A stretch of 63,692 bases of DNA, the filler included, from Hyphochytrium catenoides (taxonomy: Eukaryota; Protista; Hyphochytriomycota): the NCBI GenBank assembly GCA_900088475.1. It is 7 parts of 7 records of this genome, joined end to end, with 100 filler letters (N's around TTAATTAATTAA, not from the genome) between each part and the next. Parts side by side here need not be neighbours in the genome. Positions count along the whole stretch, not along the records: positions 1 to 26,123 come from FLMG01002360.1; 6 more parts are not named here. One strand, given 5' to 3'. The notes under the pieces are model-generated. The model was not told where the DNA came from. It did no database searches and worked only from the letters and a program-made list of their open reading frames with translations. Positions 11,901 to 25,260 of the stretch are shown piece after piece; within the stretch, counting starts at the first letter, position 1; the number at the start of each line of letters is the position of its first letter. The position numbers and the translations under genes were made by a program.

Positions 11901-12100
11901 GTTCTCGCCGCCTCCTCCTGTTGCTATGACCTCCTTATGGTCACTAATCTTCTGCTGTCTTCTTCCCCTCGTTGTACCTCTTTCATGTCACCAACGATGC
12001 ATCTGCTCGGACAGGCGCCTTCCTCTCCCCGCAGCAGATTCTGTAGCAATAGGGAATATGCAGTACTGATACACGTCAAAGGTCGGCACCGATTTGTTCT
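8990..12100 (-). mobile_element. Probable decayed LTR-retrotransposon gag-protease-RT relic, interrupted by microsatellites
   Basis: RT-like TRVLTLMGL*STESLFLPFALETTIYVFQ at ~9020-9110, protease-like VAMDVIINGTERPVLLN at ~10930-10980, and a Cys/His cluster CILHGLSGPRYPSPHC near 11800. Correct order but very degenerate. Confidence 0.38.
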
Positions 12101-12181
12101 TTTTCTCTGCTGACTGCAGGCGTGAGGGGGAAGAGAAAGAATGAGAGCGAGAGAGCGAGAGAGAGCGAGAGAGAAAGAGAG

Positions 12182-12216
<35 letters not shown>

Positions 12217-14087
12217 AGTAGAGATGAGCTGAAGAGTAGCCACGACTGACTCCTCTATTATATGAGAAAGAAGGAGCTGCTGTTTTGTCCTTTGCGTGCG
12301 TCTGTGCTTCTTTTCCTCTTCTTCTTCTTTTTCTTCTTCAACAAGCGACAGAAGAGGAGCAGCGGAGAGGGAGCGAGAATGCTGACGAGAGATGACGGCT
12401 CTCTCTGGCCTTTGTAGCTGCTGGCTTGACCTGGACTATCAGGGATAACAACATGCTTTATAAGGCGCGGAGGTAACTTTATTCGACATAATGCTGGGAT
12501 GATTCACAACCTCGTGCAAGTTCAGAGAACCGTTAAGGTGGCAAAACAGTACTGTTGTCTTCCTTTTATTTAGCGGTTACCGGCTTTGAACCTCTGAGTT
12601 GTCACAATGCCCCTTCGAGACAGAGAACGTTTTGGTCCTTGGTAATTGGGTTCCTACGGGATGGAGAGATTTGTCCGACAGTAGTGAGAAACCGTCTTTG
12701 TGTGAGGGACGAAGGCCATGGCTTTTATGTAGTGCGGTGCCCCACAAAGGGAGCGTGAGTTTGGCCAGAGCTGTGGGAAGGCTTTCTTCCAAGCTGTGTT
12801 CCATTCGTCATGAAATATTCAGCGAAACCTATTTATTGTTGCTTGTGCAAACACTCTTTTTATTGTGACCTCTTGATAACTTCAGGATCGTTTCCGAAGG
12901 TTTCATGGAGTCCAGGAGATATATACAGAAATGGAGAGAGAGAGAGAAAGAGAGAGAGAGAGCGGAGGGGGGGAGATCGTGTTCCCTTCTCTCTCTCTCT
13001 CTCTCTCCCCTCTCTCTNNNNNNNNNNNNNNNNNNNNNNNNNNNNNNNNNTCAGGTCCTCCTCTCTCACTCTGTCTGCGGCTGTTTGCCTGCCTCTCCCC
13101 TCATGTCTTTCCTGGAAAAAAATTTGCCTCTTTCCTCATTCGTCTCCACCCTTCCTCTCTTCCTAGTCCTTTCTCTGTCAGGCACCCATCTACGAGTACA
13201 GAGTAAACCCACAGCGGCACAGACATCAGACGGCTGGCTGTAGCATTGATCTTACTATGTCTCTTCCCTCTGTCTCTCTGGTTCTTTCTCTCTCTCTTGT
13301 TCCGTTTATCTCCTGCTTCCCTCCATCTCGCGCGTGTACATAGCGGCTAGCTTTTTCTCCTCAACCTGCACCTCCCCACCTCTTCGTCCTTCTCAACAAA
13401 CGCTCAGCTGATCGGCCCTCACTCTACCTTCCACCGATTCTCTCTCCTTCTCTCTCTCTCTCTCTCTCACATCTCACATCTCTCTCTCTCTTTTTCTCCC
13501 TCCCTCTTCCTCATCCTCTCATCCTTCTTCCCGCACGGCTGCTACAGACTTCTCTCGAACGTCTCCTCCTGGGAAGAAAAGGCGACACCCTGATCTCTCT
13601 AGCAAACATCCACTTCCTCTCTCCTAGTTCTATCTCCAGTTCTCTTCCCTTCCTTTCGTCCAGCGGTGGATACTTTTTTTCCCTCCTCCTCCCTACTCTG
13701 TCTCTTCTTTCGCCCTCTCTCCTCTTCTCTCTCTCTGTTTCTTCTGCTCTCTCCTCTCTGTCTAAACGCTTTAGTCACTCTGTCTTCATTCTTTGTCTCT
13801 CTCTTTGCTTGCTTGTCAGGCGTCAGGTCGGTCACTCGTCCGGAACGCTTTATCACCCCGTCGGCGGCTCCTGTACTTCCGCGTTCCACGTAACAAGGAC
13901 GGAGAAGTGCCAAAGATCTTCTTGTCCTTGACTGCACAGCGTCTCTCTCTCTGTCTCTCGTTCTCCAACCCTCTCGCTTTTTATCGACGACTGCTGAGAA
14001 TTTATCAACATCTGCAGTCTTCGGGAAAGGGCTCATTGCTCTAAGGAAGCCATTCAGCCTTTGCAATGAACGCTGTGAGGCAGTTCT

Positions 14088-15768
14088 ATGGACTGCTCTG
14101 ACTCTATGGCTAGTCCCTCATGGACAGAAGGGCCGCCCGCCCTGCTCTCCGGAGGGAGATTCTCTCTGAAGAGCGAGAAGCTCCATAACCGGCGGCCTCT
14201 CCCTTCTCTTTCTCTCTCGCAGCACGGAAAACCGAGCGCTTTTAAGGCTACCAAGCGAGCACTGGCGCCTCTTGGAACAAAGAGACACACCGGCTCTGTC
14301 ATTAGATCTCCGCCTGCTCCCTGTCATGGATCGATAAAAGCTCCCCTCACCTCTGAACCATCTATGATCTGGAGAGGAAGCGCAGAGGAAGGAGGAGGAA
14401 GCGCTTCTAACGATGAACTTCCACGCTGGACGACGTCAGGATCTGTGCGCCCTAAGCACCGACCCATTAGCTGTCTCTTCCCTACCGTGAGCTCTCAAAA
14501 GCCACGGAAGCGGCAGATGCGCGCTACTTTTGGCAAAAGTGAAGCTCTGTCAGACCCACTGAACTCGCCTGTGCCCCTTCTAAGGCGAGTCAGATCAACA
14601 TCAGAGGACTTCAGTCATCCCTTGCCGGTCCCTAGCAGGTCCCAGACGCCAACGTGGAGCTGCACCAATGCGGCCTTCTGTCCGCTCTCTTTAGACGAAA
14701 CAGAAGAGGGAGAACAAGCTCATCCTTCCGAGTGCGGATGCTTTGTATGCCGAAGCAAAGAGGTGACAAATGTCGCACAGGAGCTTTTAGGACACGTGCA
14801 ACGGCAGCTGGCAGACATTGAACTGGACGAAAGAAAGACTATTCTCAAGCCACACCTGAGAACTGATCCAGATCATCTCCCCGATGAAGACAAGATCGAC
14901 TCCAGCTCTAGGTAAGAAGCGAAGAGTCGCCATCAGTCCTTATTTGTCGTTACGCCCTCACAGTTATAACACGTTTGGGATGTACCTCTGGGGTTCTCAA
15001 TTCAATACTGACCGCGTTCTTTCCACAGTGATGACGAGTTGAAGAAGCTTTACAGAGACAAACCTACGATGTTCAGGTAAGAGGCACTAGAACATCATTG
15101 CGAGGCCTTGGTATGAGTTCCTTCTGAACCCATTCTCTTTGGCCTCCTTCAACAGGGAAGATGAGGACTATGCCCGCGGTGGCTCCACTAGCTTGGAAAG
15201 AGCATTAGCTCTATCTGAGGCTCAGAGGGCTCAGAAGAGGTAAACGACACTTAGCTCTTGCTTCCAAGATATATTCCGGTGCCTAACCTCTCCTTGTACG
15301 CCCATGATGTCCCGTTTCTTTCTTTCGAACCTTTGCTACCTTCTTAGCGGACTTCCAGTTGAAGTACGATATTCTCTGCCCTTGGCGGTGGCTACTCCCA
15401 AAGAGAGCCATCAAACGTGCACGGTAAGGATATGTACACAGACTGTATTAGTCATCAGGGGCGCGCTAACCTATAGGTTTTCTACTCTCCCTTGCAATCA
15501 GATCTGTCAAGCAAATTACGCCGTTGGTTGCCATATCATCACGTTGACTTGCAGTCATTACTTCCAGTACGTTAAATAACTCTTTTCAATAGTCATAAGC
15601 TTCGCTAACACCGGTCCTCTCCGCCATATTTCTGCCTCTTCTATTGCCGCTCTTCTTTGCAGTGCCCGCTGTGTGGACGAATGGCTCTGGACAAACGATT
15701 CCTGCCCGTTGTGCCGCCAGGCCGCGGCCCCTCAGTTCTCGGCGAGTTCTGCACCGTCCATGGCTTAA
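14088..15768 (+). CDS. RING-H2 (C3H2C3) E3 ubiquitin ligase, 6 exons
   Basis: Exons 14088-14911, 15029-15076, 15156-15239, 15348-15423, 15502-15566 and 15663-15768 join in frame over GT-AG introns. They give a C-terminal CTICQANYAVGCHIITLTCSHYFHARCVDEWLWTNDSCPLCR, preceded by a long Ser/Pro-rich region and a UIM-like LERALALSEA. Confidence 0.9.
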
Positions 15769-17707
15769 ACTTCCTTAGAGTCTATTATTTATCCTACGCC
15801 ATGCAGCAGACAGCCGCTAGAACTCCAGTACGAGTACTTAACTGTCAACCTTAGAATCATGAAGTGTTGGCACAAGAATGCTAATGTCACCACTAAAGAC
15901 GTTAATCCCTCCATTCATTCCCATCTCTCCCGCTGGCCAACAGTGGGAAGACAATCTTCAAGCACAAATAGGAGAGAGAAAAAGAGAGAGACTGGCTGGT
16001 TCTGGCTCCTCAGTTCACAGACAGAGGGAGGAGAGAAGTGGAAAGAGCGTAGTAGAGATAGAAAAGGAGAAGAGAGAGAGATCGGGGCCGACGCTTGGCG
16101 GTGGTGCACTGTCCACCACTCAGTGCCAAAGATACTTTTTTCCCTCCCAACCTCCACCCTCCTTCAAGTGACCCTCCAAGACAGAGACATCAAAATGTAA
16201 CGGACAAATATTTAGTTCCATTCCTAAGTATAATCACCTTATTCTCAATATCTTATAAATAAATAAGGCTGATTTCGAATACTTGTCTGAGTCCGATGGG
16301 ACACTATCTGAGGCAGCCGTTAACGACTATATAGTGGATCTTTGTATGTGCACTGAGAGAAAGTGTCAAGGGCGATCCTTCCAACCCTTCTCTCCTTACC
16401 ACTGCGGCCCCGCGGAAGCTGCCGCAGATGCCTGTGGCTCACTGAGCTCACGTTGAGATGATGGCAATAAGCTGATGATCAGCTCTAGTTCCTGCCACAG
16501 ACAGGCACTAAAGAGCTGGTCTACTAGTTAGTTTATATGGGATGCCTGAGTTCCAGCTCCATCGTTGCCACAGCCCGGATGTTCTCTTCTGTTACTCTAT
16601 TTTGTCTATACCTCTCCGATCCTCTATGGATCGATGTATGTATGTGCCTAGGCACCTTGATCGCAATCTCCTCTTCTTCTATGTTTACTGGATCTTTCAG
16701 TAGGTCTTTTGAATGGCCAAGCTGAAGTAGGTGGATGCCGGTGATGATTGAAAGCAGTCCGTCACAAAAGGCAAGAACAGGCTTTTAGTTCAACATCTCA
16801 GATCAACATCTCCAGAGGAACCAGATAAAAGCAGGACGGGGTGCTACTTGTGTATGGAGCTTGGGAGGGCAAAGCATGACAGAGCCGTGGTGCTAAGAGG
16901 AGGAAGCTACTTATGCACTGCTCCACCATATAGTCCTAATCCTTTGTCTGACAATACGTCTGGGTGGGCTCTGCCACTGGATCTGAGCTACAGCCACTGT
17001 CAGGCTCTCTCCCGTGCCGGCACTTAGTGTTTTCGTCCCTCGATGTCTTTCTCTTTGGGAGAATGGATATACGTATATCTGCCGCCATTTACGTTTCTGG
17101 ATCAACTTACAGTGGTTTGGACCAAACAATCACAGCGGTCAGGATGTATAGGTTGTGCTTTATATCGGCAACTTCTGCGTGCCCAGAGCCACCATTGGCG
17201 CTCCCACTCATGGAGAGGAAGGGAGCACACGGATGCTATTATCCCAAGAGACACATAGAAAATCGTAAAGGTCGTCCGCGGACATCGCTGCAGCCTTTTA
17301 GGAAAATGACAGCAGTACTACTACCTTCCCTAGATCCTTCTATCCAGCTACTAAAGAGCTCTTGAGTCCATTGTCTCTTATCTGAGCCCCGTTCATCTCT
17401 CTATCAATTGCGCGATGAGTTCAGGTGAAGATGATACATAGGAGCATTCATAAGAGGAAAGATACATACGAGGAAAATCAAACAAGGAAACGACTGGAAA
17501 ATGAGAGAGACAGAGGGGAGTCAATTATACTCACAGGCCATATGTCAGCGATCTCAGTTGTTAGGCCAAAATACTATGTATATACACTCTAACGGAGAAG
17601 GGAGTAGGAGTATATGGCGTCTCTACTACTGTGGGAAGGATCACGGAATCAAAAGGTCTACCTCTGTCCAGACAAGAGAGGCCAGAAAAGAGAGTCCCTG
17701 TTCTTTT

Positions 17708-19081
17708 CTATTCGAAGTGAGCATCATCCTCGAAGTCAAAATCTACTCCCACTGTCTGCTTCAGCTCCTGCTGAAGGAGCTCAAATAGAGGCTGGCTGTC
17801 CCGCGTGTTATGCCAGCTCTCAGTATCAGGATCGTACTCAAACCGCTTTGGACCGCTGACGAACAAGAGAGACAGAGGTGGTGGAGCAAGAGGAAAGGGG
17901 TGTTGAGAGAGAGAGAGACAAAATGTAAGGAACAAGGATGGACATTCCTGCTTTCCAGGTTCTTCCACAACCAAAATCGTCCCCACTAATCTAATTCCCT
18001 CTCTCACGCTCCGATGCGCCACCTCTCACTCCAGTGGTCTACGCAATCCTTTCTCTCCTCTGCAGGATCTAGCGATCAATATAGGAGCAATAGAAAGCAA
18101 CGTTCTCTTTCCTGTTCTCTTTCTAGTTTCGTCTCCTGAAGGGCAACTTTCACCCTAGCAACACTCTTACGCCCGGCTGCATCGGGGAAGTCTCACCTTA
18201 GAGGAGATGACCACCAGATCTGCTTATTTGGCCCTTGTTTGTTGATGACCCAAGTTCCATGCCGTCCCAGGCTCAGAGTCAGAACCCCTTGCTGCGACGG
18301 CAAATGCGCAAGAGAGAGATGAGTGCGGTTCTTCCTCACCTGAGCACCCTGTTCGGATGCCTGAGCCCTTTCTTTATGTCCCTTGTTGGCTTTTCGCTCT
18401 CAAGAACATCAGTCCTCTCCTTCTTATGCCAGACCCAACTCTCTCTTCTTCTCACTGCTCAAGCTAAGCTTTTACATTGTTGCTCCTCTCTCCTTCTCTC
18501 TCACCCTCTCTTTATTCTCTCTCTTTCTGTCTTTTCTGTCCTTTCGCTTATTCCTTTTGACTTACGGAGAAGTTGATGTCAAAGTCATCCACTGCATCCT
18601 CTAGAACGCCTTCCAGCTTATCGCTCAGAAAGTTCAGGAGGTTGTCCGCCACATAGTTGAAGTCAAACTTGCTCAGACCTCTAGGGAGCTAGAGGTAAGT
18701 ACTGAAAGGGAGAGAGCAGCGTGTGCGATGTAGGCCAGGACTACTAGAAGAAAGGCAGGAGAAGACAGTAAGTTCGACGCTTACTCTGCACTAGACATCC
18801 TATAGAGTCGTCTGGTCTCAATGCGCTCGTCCTTTGCCAGTAATAAGGTGAGATTAGCTGCAATCAATCTCATAACGGAGAGAAGACCGAACCTTGCTCT
18901 CCTCATTGCATAGAGGGAGGCTTCTATGCAGCCATCGAGTAGGGAAGTGAGGACTTGCGCCCCATTGGGAAACCACTCCTAAGTTCAACCTCCTTCTGAG
19001 CGTTTGGCTGGGCCGGCGACTAACACTGGCCGATAACCGCCCAACATTACGATGGATGAGAGATACAGCGGCCGTTGTCAT
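17708..19081 (-). CDS. FXN: Frataxin (mitochondrial Fe-S assembly), 5 exons
   Basis: Arg-rich mitochondrial presequence in exon 1. Spliced exons give FDFNYVADNLLNFLSDKLE...DDFDINFS / QGVLTLSLGRHGTWVINKQGPNKQIWWSSPL / SGPKRFEYD...WHNTRD...LFELLQQEL, the canonical frataxin/CyaY signature. Confidence 0.96.
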
Positions 19082-20113
19082 GATGTCTTTCCTACCAGGT
19101 GGAAGGTGACTTAGGATGGGCTTCTGACACTAAGTGAAGGACAGACAACGTTGAGTGTGTTCCCCTCTATAATGGGTTTTCTCGTAAGTCGAGGGCCGTT
19201 CCTTCCTCTTCCTTTGGCTAGGATAGAGCTCAAAGCCAAATCTGTGCATCATCTGCAGATCCGCCGATCTCTAGAACTCAACGATCGGAAGCTCAGTTGT
19301 GGAGTTCTGTCTTGTGCGGCCCAAGTCCGGGTATCAGGGTTAGCAAACTGCTGAATTTATGATAGTGTTGATTATATTCCATTGGCATCCATGTGTCCAA
19401 TATTTTACTCAGGAAATATTATTGGACAAAGGACCGAGGCGCTGATTCGGAATAATTTACCTTTGGGTTATTTATGGGTATAGGAATTTAATGGGTGGGC
19501 TTTGCGGTTGTAATTATGGGCTGTGCCAAGCCTGAGACAGAGTGTGAGGAAAGATTATCGTATGGTATACAGTGTCCCAAATCATCCTGCAATACTCATT
19601 GAAGGTGTGAGACGAGATATTTATTGAGAGAGGAAGAGTGCGAAAGAGTGTGTCGATAGTGTCCCAGAAGCGGCGCCGCGGCGATCGGGCGAAAGGTTCT
19701 TGGTCCGTCCTCATCGCCGCTCGATGGCCAGCTTCAGGCTTCAGTGAGGGCAGAGAGAGGAGAAGACAGATGAGATCCAAAGAAAGTGCGAAAGCGAGCG
19801 TTAGCACAGGGGGCAGACACACAGACAGAGTGAAGACAGAAAGAGAGTGAAAGAGAGAGACAGAGAGAGACAGAGAGAGAGACAGAGAGAGACAGAGAGA
19901 AAGAGAAAGGACTAGGAACAGCAGGACTGCTAACAGCTCAGGCGAATACAGGTCACCAGGATAGGACACCTAAGGGAGGCAGGGCAGCTGTAGCAAAGAA
20001 TCCAAAGTCTTTGATGCAGCGAATCTAGCTGGGGCCCAGCAGACAGAGCCACAGAGAGAAAGAGAGAGAGGAGAGAAAAAGAAGGGTCAAAGAGATAGAG
20101 AGTGTGGACCAGT

Positions 20114-21688
20114 ATGTCCGCCTCGGTATCAAGTCTTTTCCCAAAGGCGAAGAAGCTAGAGTACGATCTGAAGGTGCAGCTGGAGCAGATCGAGTCTGGA
20201 CGGTCGAGCAGTTATGAAGACGGACAGCGCGCGATGCAGAGCTCGAATGAGCTGGCAGAGCTCGTCTCCCAGTTAGAGTCCTTGTTGAACTACGAGCAGG
20301 CGGGAAAGAGAGATATGTGGAGAATGTAAGGCAAGATGAAGGTTCCCCGTTCTTTCTTTCATTGTCTTCGTCTTTTTCGTTGTCTTCGTCTGGGCTCTCT
20401 CTCTCTCGGTCTCATCTTCCTCTCTCTCTCCCTCGCTGATATTCATGTTGCGCCCTCTTCTTTCTAATTTACTTTCGTTATCTCTCGTTTCTTCTGTCTC
20501 TTCGTCTCTCTTTCTGGCTTATGGTCCCACTTGCTGAATAGAAAGATCCGGCAGCTGGATGAGGAGAGTAGGTTCCTTCGTGCCTCTCTGGACCGTGTAC
20601 TATTCAGAGTCAATAGGGCAGCCAGAGAAGCGCAAGAGAGAGAGGCATTGCTTTCGAGACGGCCAGGGGTAGGAGCAGGCTCTCTACCTTGCTCTCTCTT
20701 TCTCAGCCTTTCTGTCGTCTCTTTGCCAATGTCTCTCTCCCTTTGTTTCTTTCTTTAAGGGAAAGCTGACTGCGTGTGCGTGTCCTTCGCCGCAGTTTCC
20801 TCTCTCTCTATGTATAGGTGTAAAACCTATCTACTCTCTTCTTCTTCTCTCTACTTTGTTCTTTCTCTCGGGCTCCGTCTTGATCCGTGTCCTTTTCTCT
20901 CTCTCTTTCCCTTTACCTGCCTGTTCCTCTTGGTATTCCTGACTTTGTCCTTCCCTCTCCAGGCCAGCACGGGCATCGCGGTGGACTCTTATTTGGCTGA
21001 GTCGGACTCTTTGAAGCGCTCCTCACAGATGGTGACAGAGCTCAATGACCTCGGTCGCCATGTTTTAGGCTCTCTCTCAGAACAGAGAAGAAGGTTGAAG
21101 GTGCGTGACCAAAGAGAAACAGAAAGTGACACATAGAGAGAGACAGAGGGAGAGAGAGAGAGAAGACAATGATTGAGGAAAGACACGGATCATTCTCTGC
21201 CTCCAAAGGTTTATCGACCCAGCTTGAGGCGCTTAAGATAGGTGCCAGAGTGCTGTTAGTGTAGATTCTCCCTTCTTGGCTTCTCTCTCCTTGTCTTCGC
21301 TTTGGTTTACAACTCCAGTGACCCATCGTGTTCCCACTCACGGGAGACCGATGGCAACCCTCTTTCTCTCTTTCTTTCTCTCTCCTGCTCTCTCTCTTTC
21401 TTTTCCCCTTTCTCTCCATGTTAGCCCTCCTCCTAATATTTATCCATTTCCTGGCACCACTTTTGCTCTAAGCGATCTTTCTTTCTTTGTTGTCTCTCTC
21501 TTCCCTCTCCCGCCCCCGTGCAGGACGCGCATAGGAAGATAATAGATATTGCCAACACTCTAGGGCTGTCAGGCTCCGTGCTAAAGTTTGTGGAGAGACG
21601 CGACTTTATGGATCGTCTCCTGGTGTTCGTCGGCATGATAGTCACGCTTCTCTTCTTCTATTTTGCTTACAGATTTTCAAGAGGATAA
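20114..21688 (+). CDS. GOSR2: Qb-SNARE membrin / Bos1 / GOSR2, 4 exons
   Basis: Spliced product: helical N-terminal domain ...KRDMWR/KIRQL...EREALLSRR, SNARE motif ESDSLKRSSQMVTELNDLGRHVLGSLSEQRRRLK/DAHRKIIDIANTLGLSGSVLKFVERRDFMDR, then a C-terminal TM helix (LLVFVGMIVTLLFFYFAY) and TAA at 21686-21688. Confidence 0.92.
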
Positions 21689-21773
21689 GCGCTGTAAATC
21701 TAGACAAGCAATTAAGCCTTTCTCTCCTTCCTCCCTTTTAGCTCTATCGCCCTCTTCCCTCGTTGATTGTCAT

Positions 21774-21804
<31 letters not shown>

Positions 21805-22109
21805 TTCTCCTCTAATCTCCAGTGGCGTGACTCCAAGCTCATACGCTGCCTTTGTCTCTCTTCCTCTTTCTCTCTCTCCTTCTGCGTTCTCTGCATCACC
21901 TGATGTTATCCTTCTCTTCTTGCCTCTATCTTTCCTTCATTTCGATTCGCTCTCTCAGTCTCTCAAAATCTTCTTCTCTCTCCGTTCTTCGTCTCTCCAA
22001 CCAAAGCCGGCTTGCTTCCCCTTTCCTGACAGTAAGCGGAAGAGAGAAGAGACTCTGTATCGTATAATCCGTCTCTCTCGCTCTTGCCGTTGTAGCTACT
22101 TCTTGCTTC

Positions 22110-22888
22110 TTACTGTTGATGTTGCTTGCGGAACTGCTTGGCTCCTAGAATCGGAATGCTTTCTCTCCGGACCTCGAACTGCCGATCACTCTCTCGGCCA
22201 AGCCGTAACTTTTCCACGGTCTACCAGGAGAGAGAGAGACAAAATATGTAACCAAAAGAGGGAGGACCAGGGAAAGATGAAAGAGAGAGAGAGAGAGAGA
22301 GTTTAGCCTGTTGCTGTTGTGCATGTCCACGGATGAGTGAGCAGTGGCAGCAAGGGAGATGCAAACGAAACACCTGCCTACGGAAAGGATGAATGAACAG
22401 GACGAGTGAGAAAGAGAGAGACACAGGCAGCGAGTGATAGACACAGAGGCAGAGAGAGAGAGAGAGAGACAGAGAGAGAGGATATGAGGATCGAAGATGT
22501 GAGGGTGTAAGGCTTACAGAAGATAAAAAGAGAGAATGTGCTCAAAGCCCACCTTTGGGTCTATGCGGAGAGTGCTTTTAAATGTCTCTCCCTCCTTAGC
22601 CATGTTGTTCTTCTCACAAGAGAGAGACGGGTTCTTAGGCTTCTTCTGCAGAGAGGAGATGTTGATAGTATCGCAGTCTTTCTCTCTCTTTTCCTCTCTT
22701 TCTGCCGTTGCAGGGGTAAGTAGAGCTATTTTCTCAAGACGGAGGGCTTTCTGAGCAAGGAAATGGGTCTTCTTGAGCAGCTCTTCTCTCTGCTCACTTC
22801 CATCTCCAAGGGCGGCCAAGCGACGCTAAAGTAAGAGAGACGAAGAAAAATAGTTCAGATTGAGAGACACGCACAGNNNNNNNGGGGA

Positions 22889-22919
<31 letters not shown>

Positions 22920-23691
22920 AACCAAAATGAGACAACACAGGATGCAACAGGGAGACAGAGACATGTACACCGAAGAGAGAGAAAGAGAGAGAGAGAAAAG
23001 CTGATTTAATTATCTCACCTGCAGCTTGTTGCATTCCTCATAGTACTCCTCCGATAGAGCAGAAGCTTCATTCGCGTCAAGCAGAGCGCAGGAGAGAGGA
23101 GAAACCTCTTTCTCCACATCTTTCTTTCCCTCTCTGATACACTAGAAGACAATTATTAGTCTTGGCCAAGACATAGGGGAAGAGAAACAAGAACGATACA
23201 GAGAGGAAGAGAGAGACACGCAGAGACAAGAAAGACAATGCCGGAGGCACAAAGAGAGAGAGAAAGAGAGACATAGCAAGCGGGGAGACAGACAGAGAGA
23301 CGGACGGAAAGACATAGCCAGACAGTAAAGAGTGACAGAGTAACAGAAGGGAAAAGGAGAGGCTTCCGGCAAAAAAAATTAGGAGAAAGAGGAAGGGAAG
23401 AAAGAGAACAAGAGAGAGAGACGGAAAGGGAGAGAGAGGGCGAAAGAGAGAGAAACCTTATCTCCTGACCTTCATAAGCCGCTTGACCTCAATTCTCTCT
23501 TCCTCTCCCAGTATTACTCTTAGCCAGCGATCAACCTCCTGGCTCGCTTTCCGCCCACAGTCTCTCATGTTTCTCAGCGCTGCGAGAGCTTCATCATAAG
23601 TCACTGAGCTGCGGCGAGAGAGAGGAGAGAGAAACAGAAGGGAAGGTCAGGTTTGGGAAAAGGAGAGAGAGAGAGAAAGAAAGAAAGAGAA

Positions 23692-23755
<64 letters not shown>

Positions 23756-23872
23756 GAGAGTGAAAGAGTGTCAGAGAAAGAGGGACACCATGACAGTAGA
23801 GATCCAAGTTTGTGGATGCAAGAAATCCTTGAAGGAGAGAGAAGGACGAGAGACAAAAATATCTAGAGAAAG

Positions 23873-23905
<33 letters not shown>

Positions 23906-25228
23906 TTGAGAGCTCAAAGGATGTCCCAGTCTACCTGGATCCCTTGGCCCTGCTTTCCCCTAGCATCTTCTCCAGCATGGCAAGCTCCCACTCATCCAAC
24001 TGTGAAGACGGTCGCTGAGAGGAGAGAGAGAGAAAGTCGAGGTGCTGAGGGAGAGGAAGAGAGGAAGATGGGCCAGGGGTATCTTCACTTGTCAGACTCT
24101 GAAAGAGAGCTTCTTTCTTGGCTCTCTCCTGGTACTGGATTATGATCATGAAGGAGATATGATAAAGAAAGAGAAACAGACCCAGAGAAGAGAGAGAGAG
24201 AGAAGAAAGAACAAGAGAGAGAAAGGGAGCCAGAGAGAGAAAGAAGGAGAGAGAAAAAAGATGAAAGGGACTTAAGAGAATGAAAGAGGAAGAGAAGTTG
24301 AGGAATAGATAGAAATGGGAGTGAGAACAAGGATGAGAGGAGGGAAAGAGAGGAGGAAAGAAGAGAGAGAGAGAAGCGCAAAGCTTATAGGCTGTGAGGG
24401 AGAGAGTGGAGCCCAATGTAAATGAAAGCGTGGCCTTGAAAAACAGAGGATGACGTGGTCCACATGGAGAGAATAAGAGAGAGAGAGAGAGAGAAACAGA
24501 GAGAGAGAGGCAGCTTTACTTTTCTCTCTTCCTCTAGTGTTTCTGCCTCTCTCAGCACATCCTTCACTACTGCAGACTCGTAACGAGCAGGATTTCCCCA
24601 CTTGCCAGGAGAGGAAGAGCTGTTTTTTTCTTTGTTCTTTCTATTCTTGACCAAGCTGATTGGCAACACAGGAGGAGAGAAAAAAGAAGGAAACAGAGAG
24701 GGGAGACATTGAGAATTAGCGAGTAAGCGCGAAGAGAGGGAGAGGGTAAGAGAAAAGACAGAAGAACAACAAGCGGAGAGCAGGGAGGAGGGAAAGAGCC
24801 CGAAAGAGAGACAAAGAGAGTGTGAGAGAGAGAGAGAGAGAGAAAGANNNNNNNNNNNNNNNNNNNNNNNNNNNNNNNNNNNNNNNNNNNNGAGAGAGAG
24901 AGAGGGAGAGAGTAAGTAGGAGAGGGTATAGAGTAGTGGTTTGCCGGAGGAGCGCAGGTTCCGAGGGTAGCAGGAAAGAGCTGAGACGAGACTGATAAAC
25001 GTTGCCTTTCAGAGAATGAGTAGACAGAGGTAGACAGAGGAGGAGGGAGGGAAAGATCGAGAGAGAGGGAGAGAGATGGTCCTACTTCTTTGCCTCTTCT
25101 CTCTCGTCATCTGTAATGACATGTCTATCAAAGATCTGCAGCGAGGGGATGGCTGCGATGACTTTCAGGCGATAGTTGGGCTCTTCCGCCAGTGGATTGC
25201 CAAACAGCTCTGACGCAGAAGTGGGGAA

Positions 25229-25260
<32 letters not shown>

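Noticed and set aside
12571-12650. B-box-like GGTTCAAAGCC on the minus strand suggesting a tRNA or SINE
   Set aside because: No cloverleaf, acceptor stem or A-box could be built.
16200-17600. Short ORFs between the RING gene and frataxin (similarly 30300-31500, 47600-48100, 59600-61000, 63400-63600)
   Set aside because: No recognisable motifs or consistent splice model; left unannotated.
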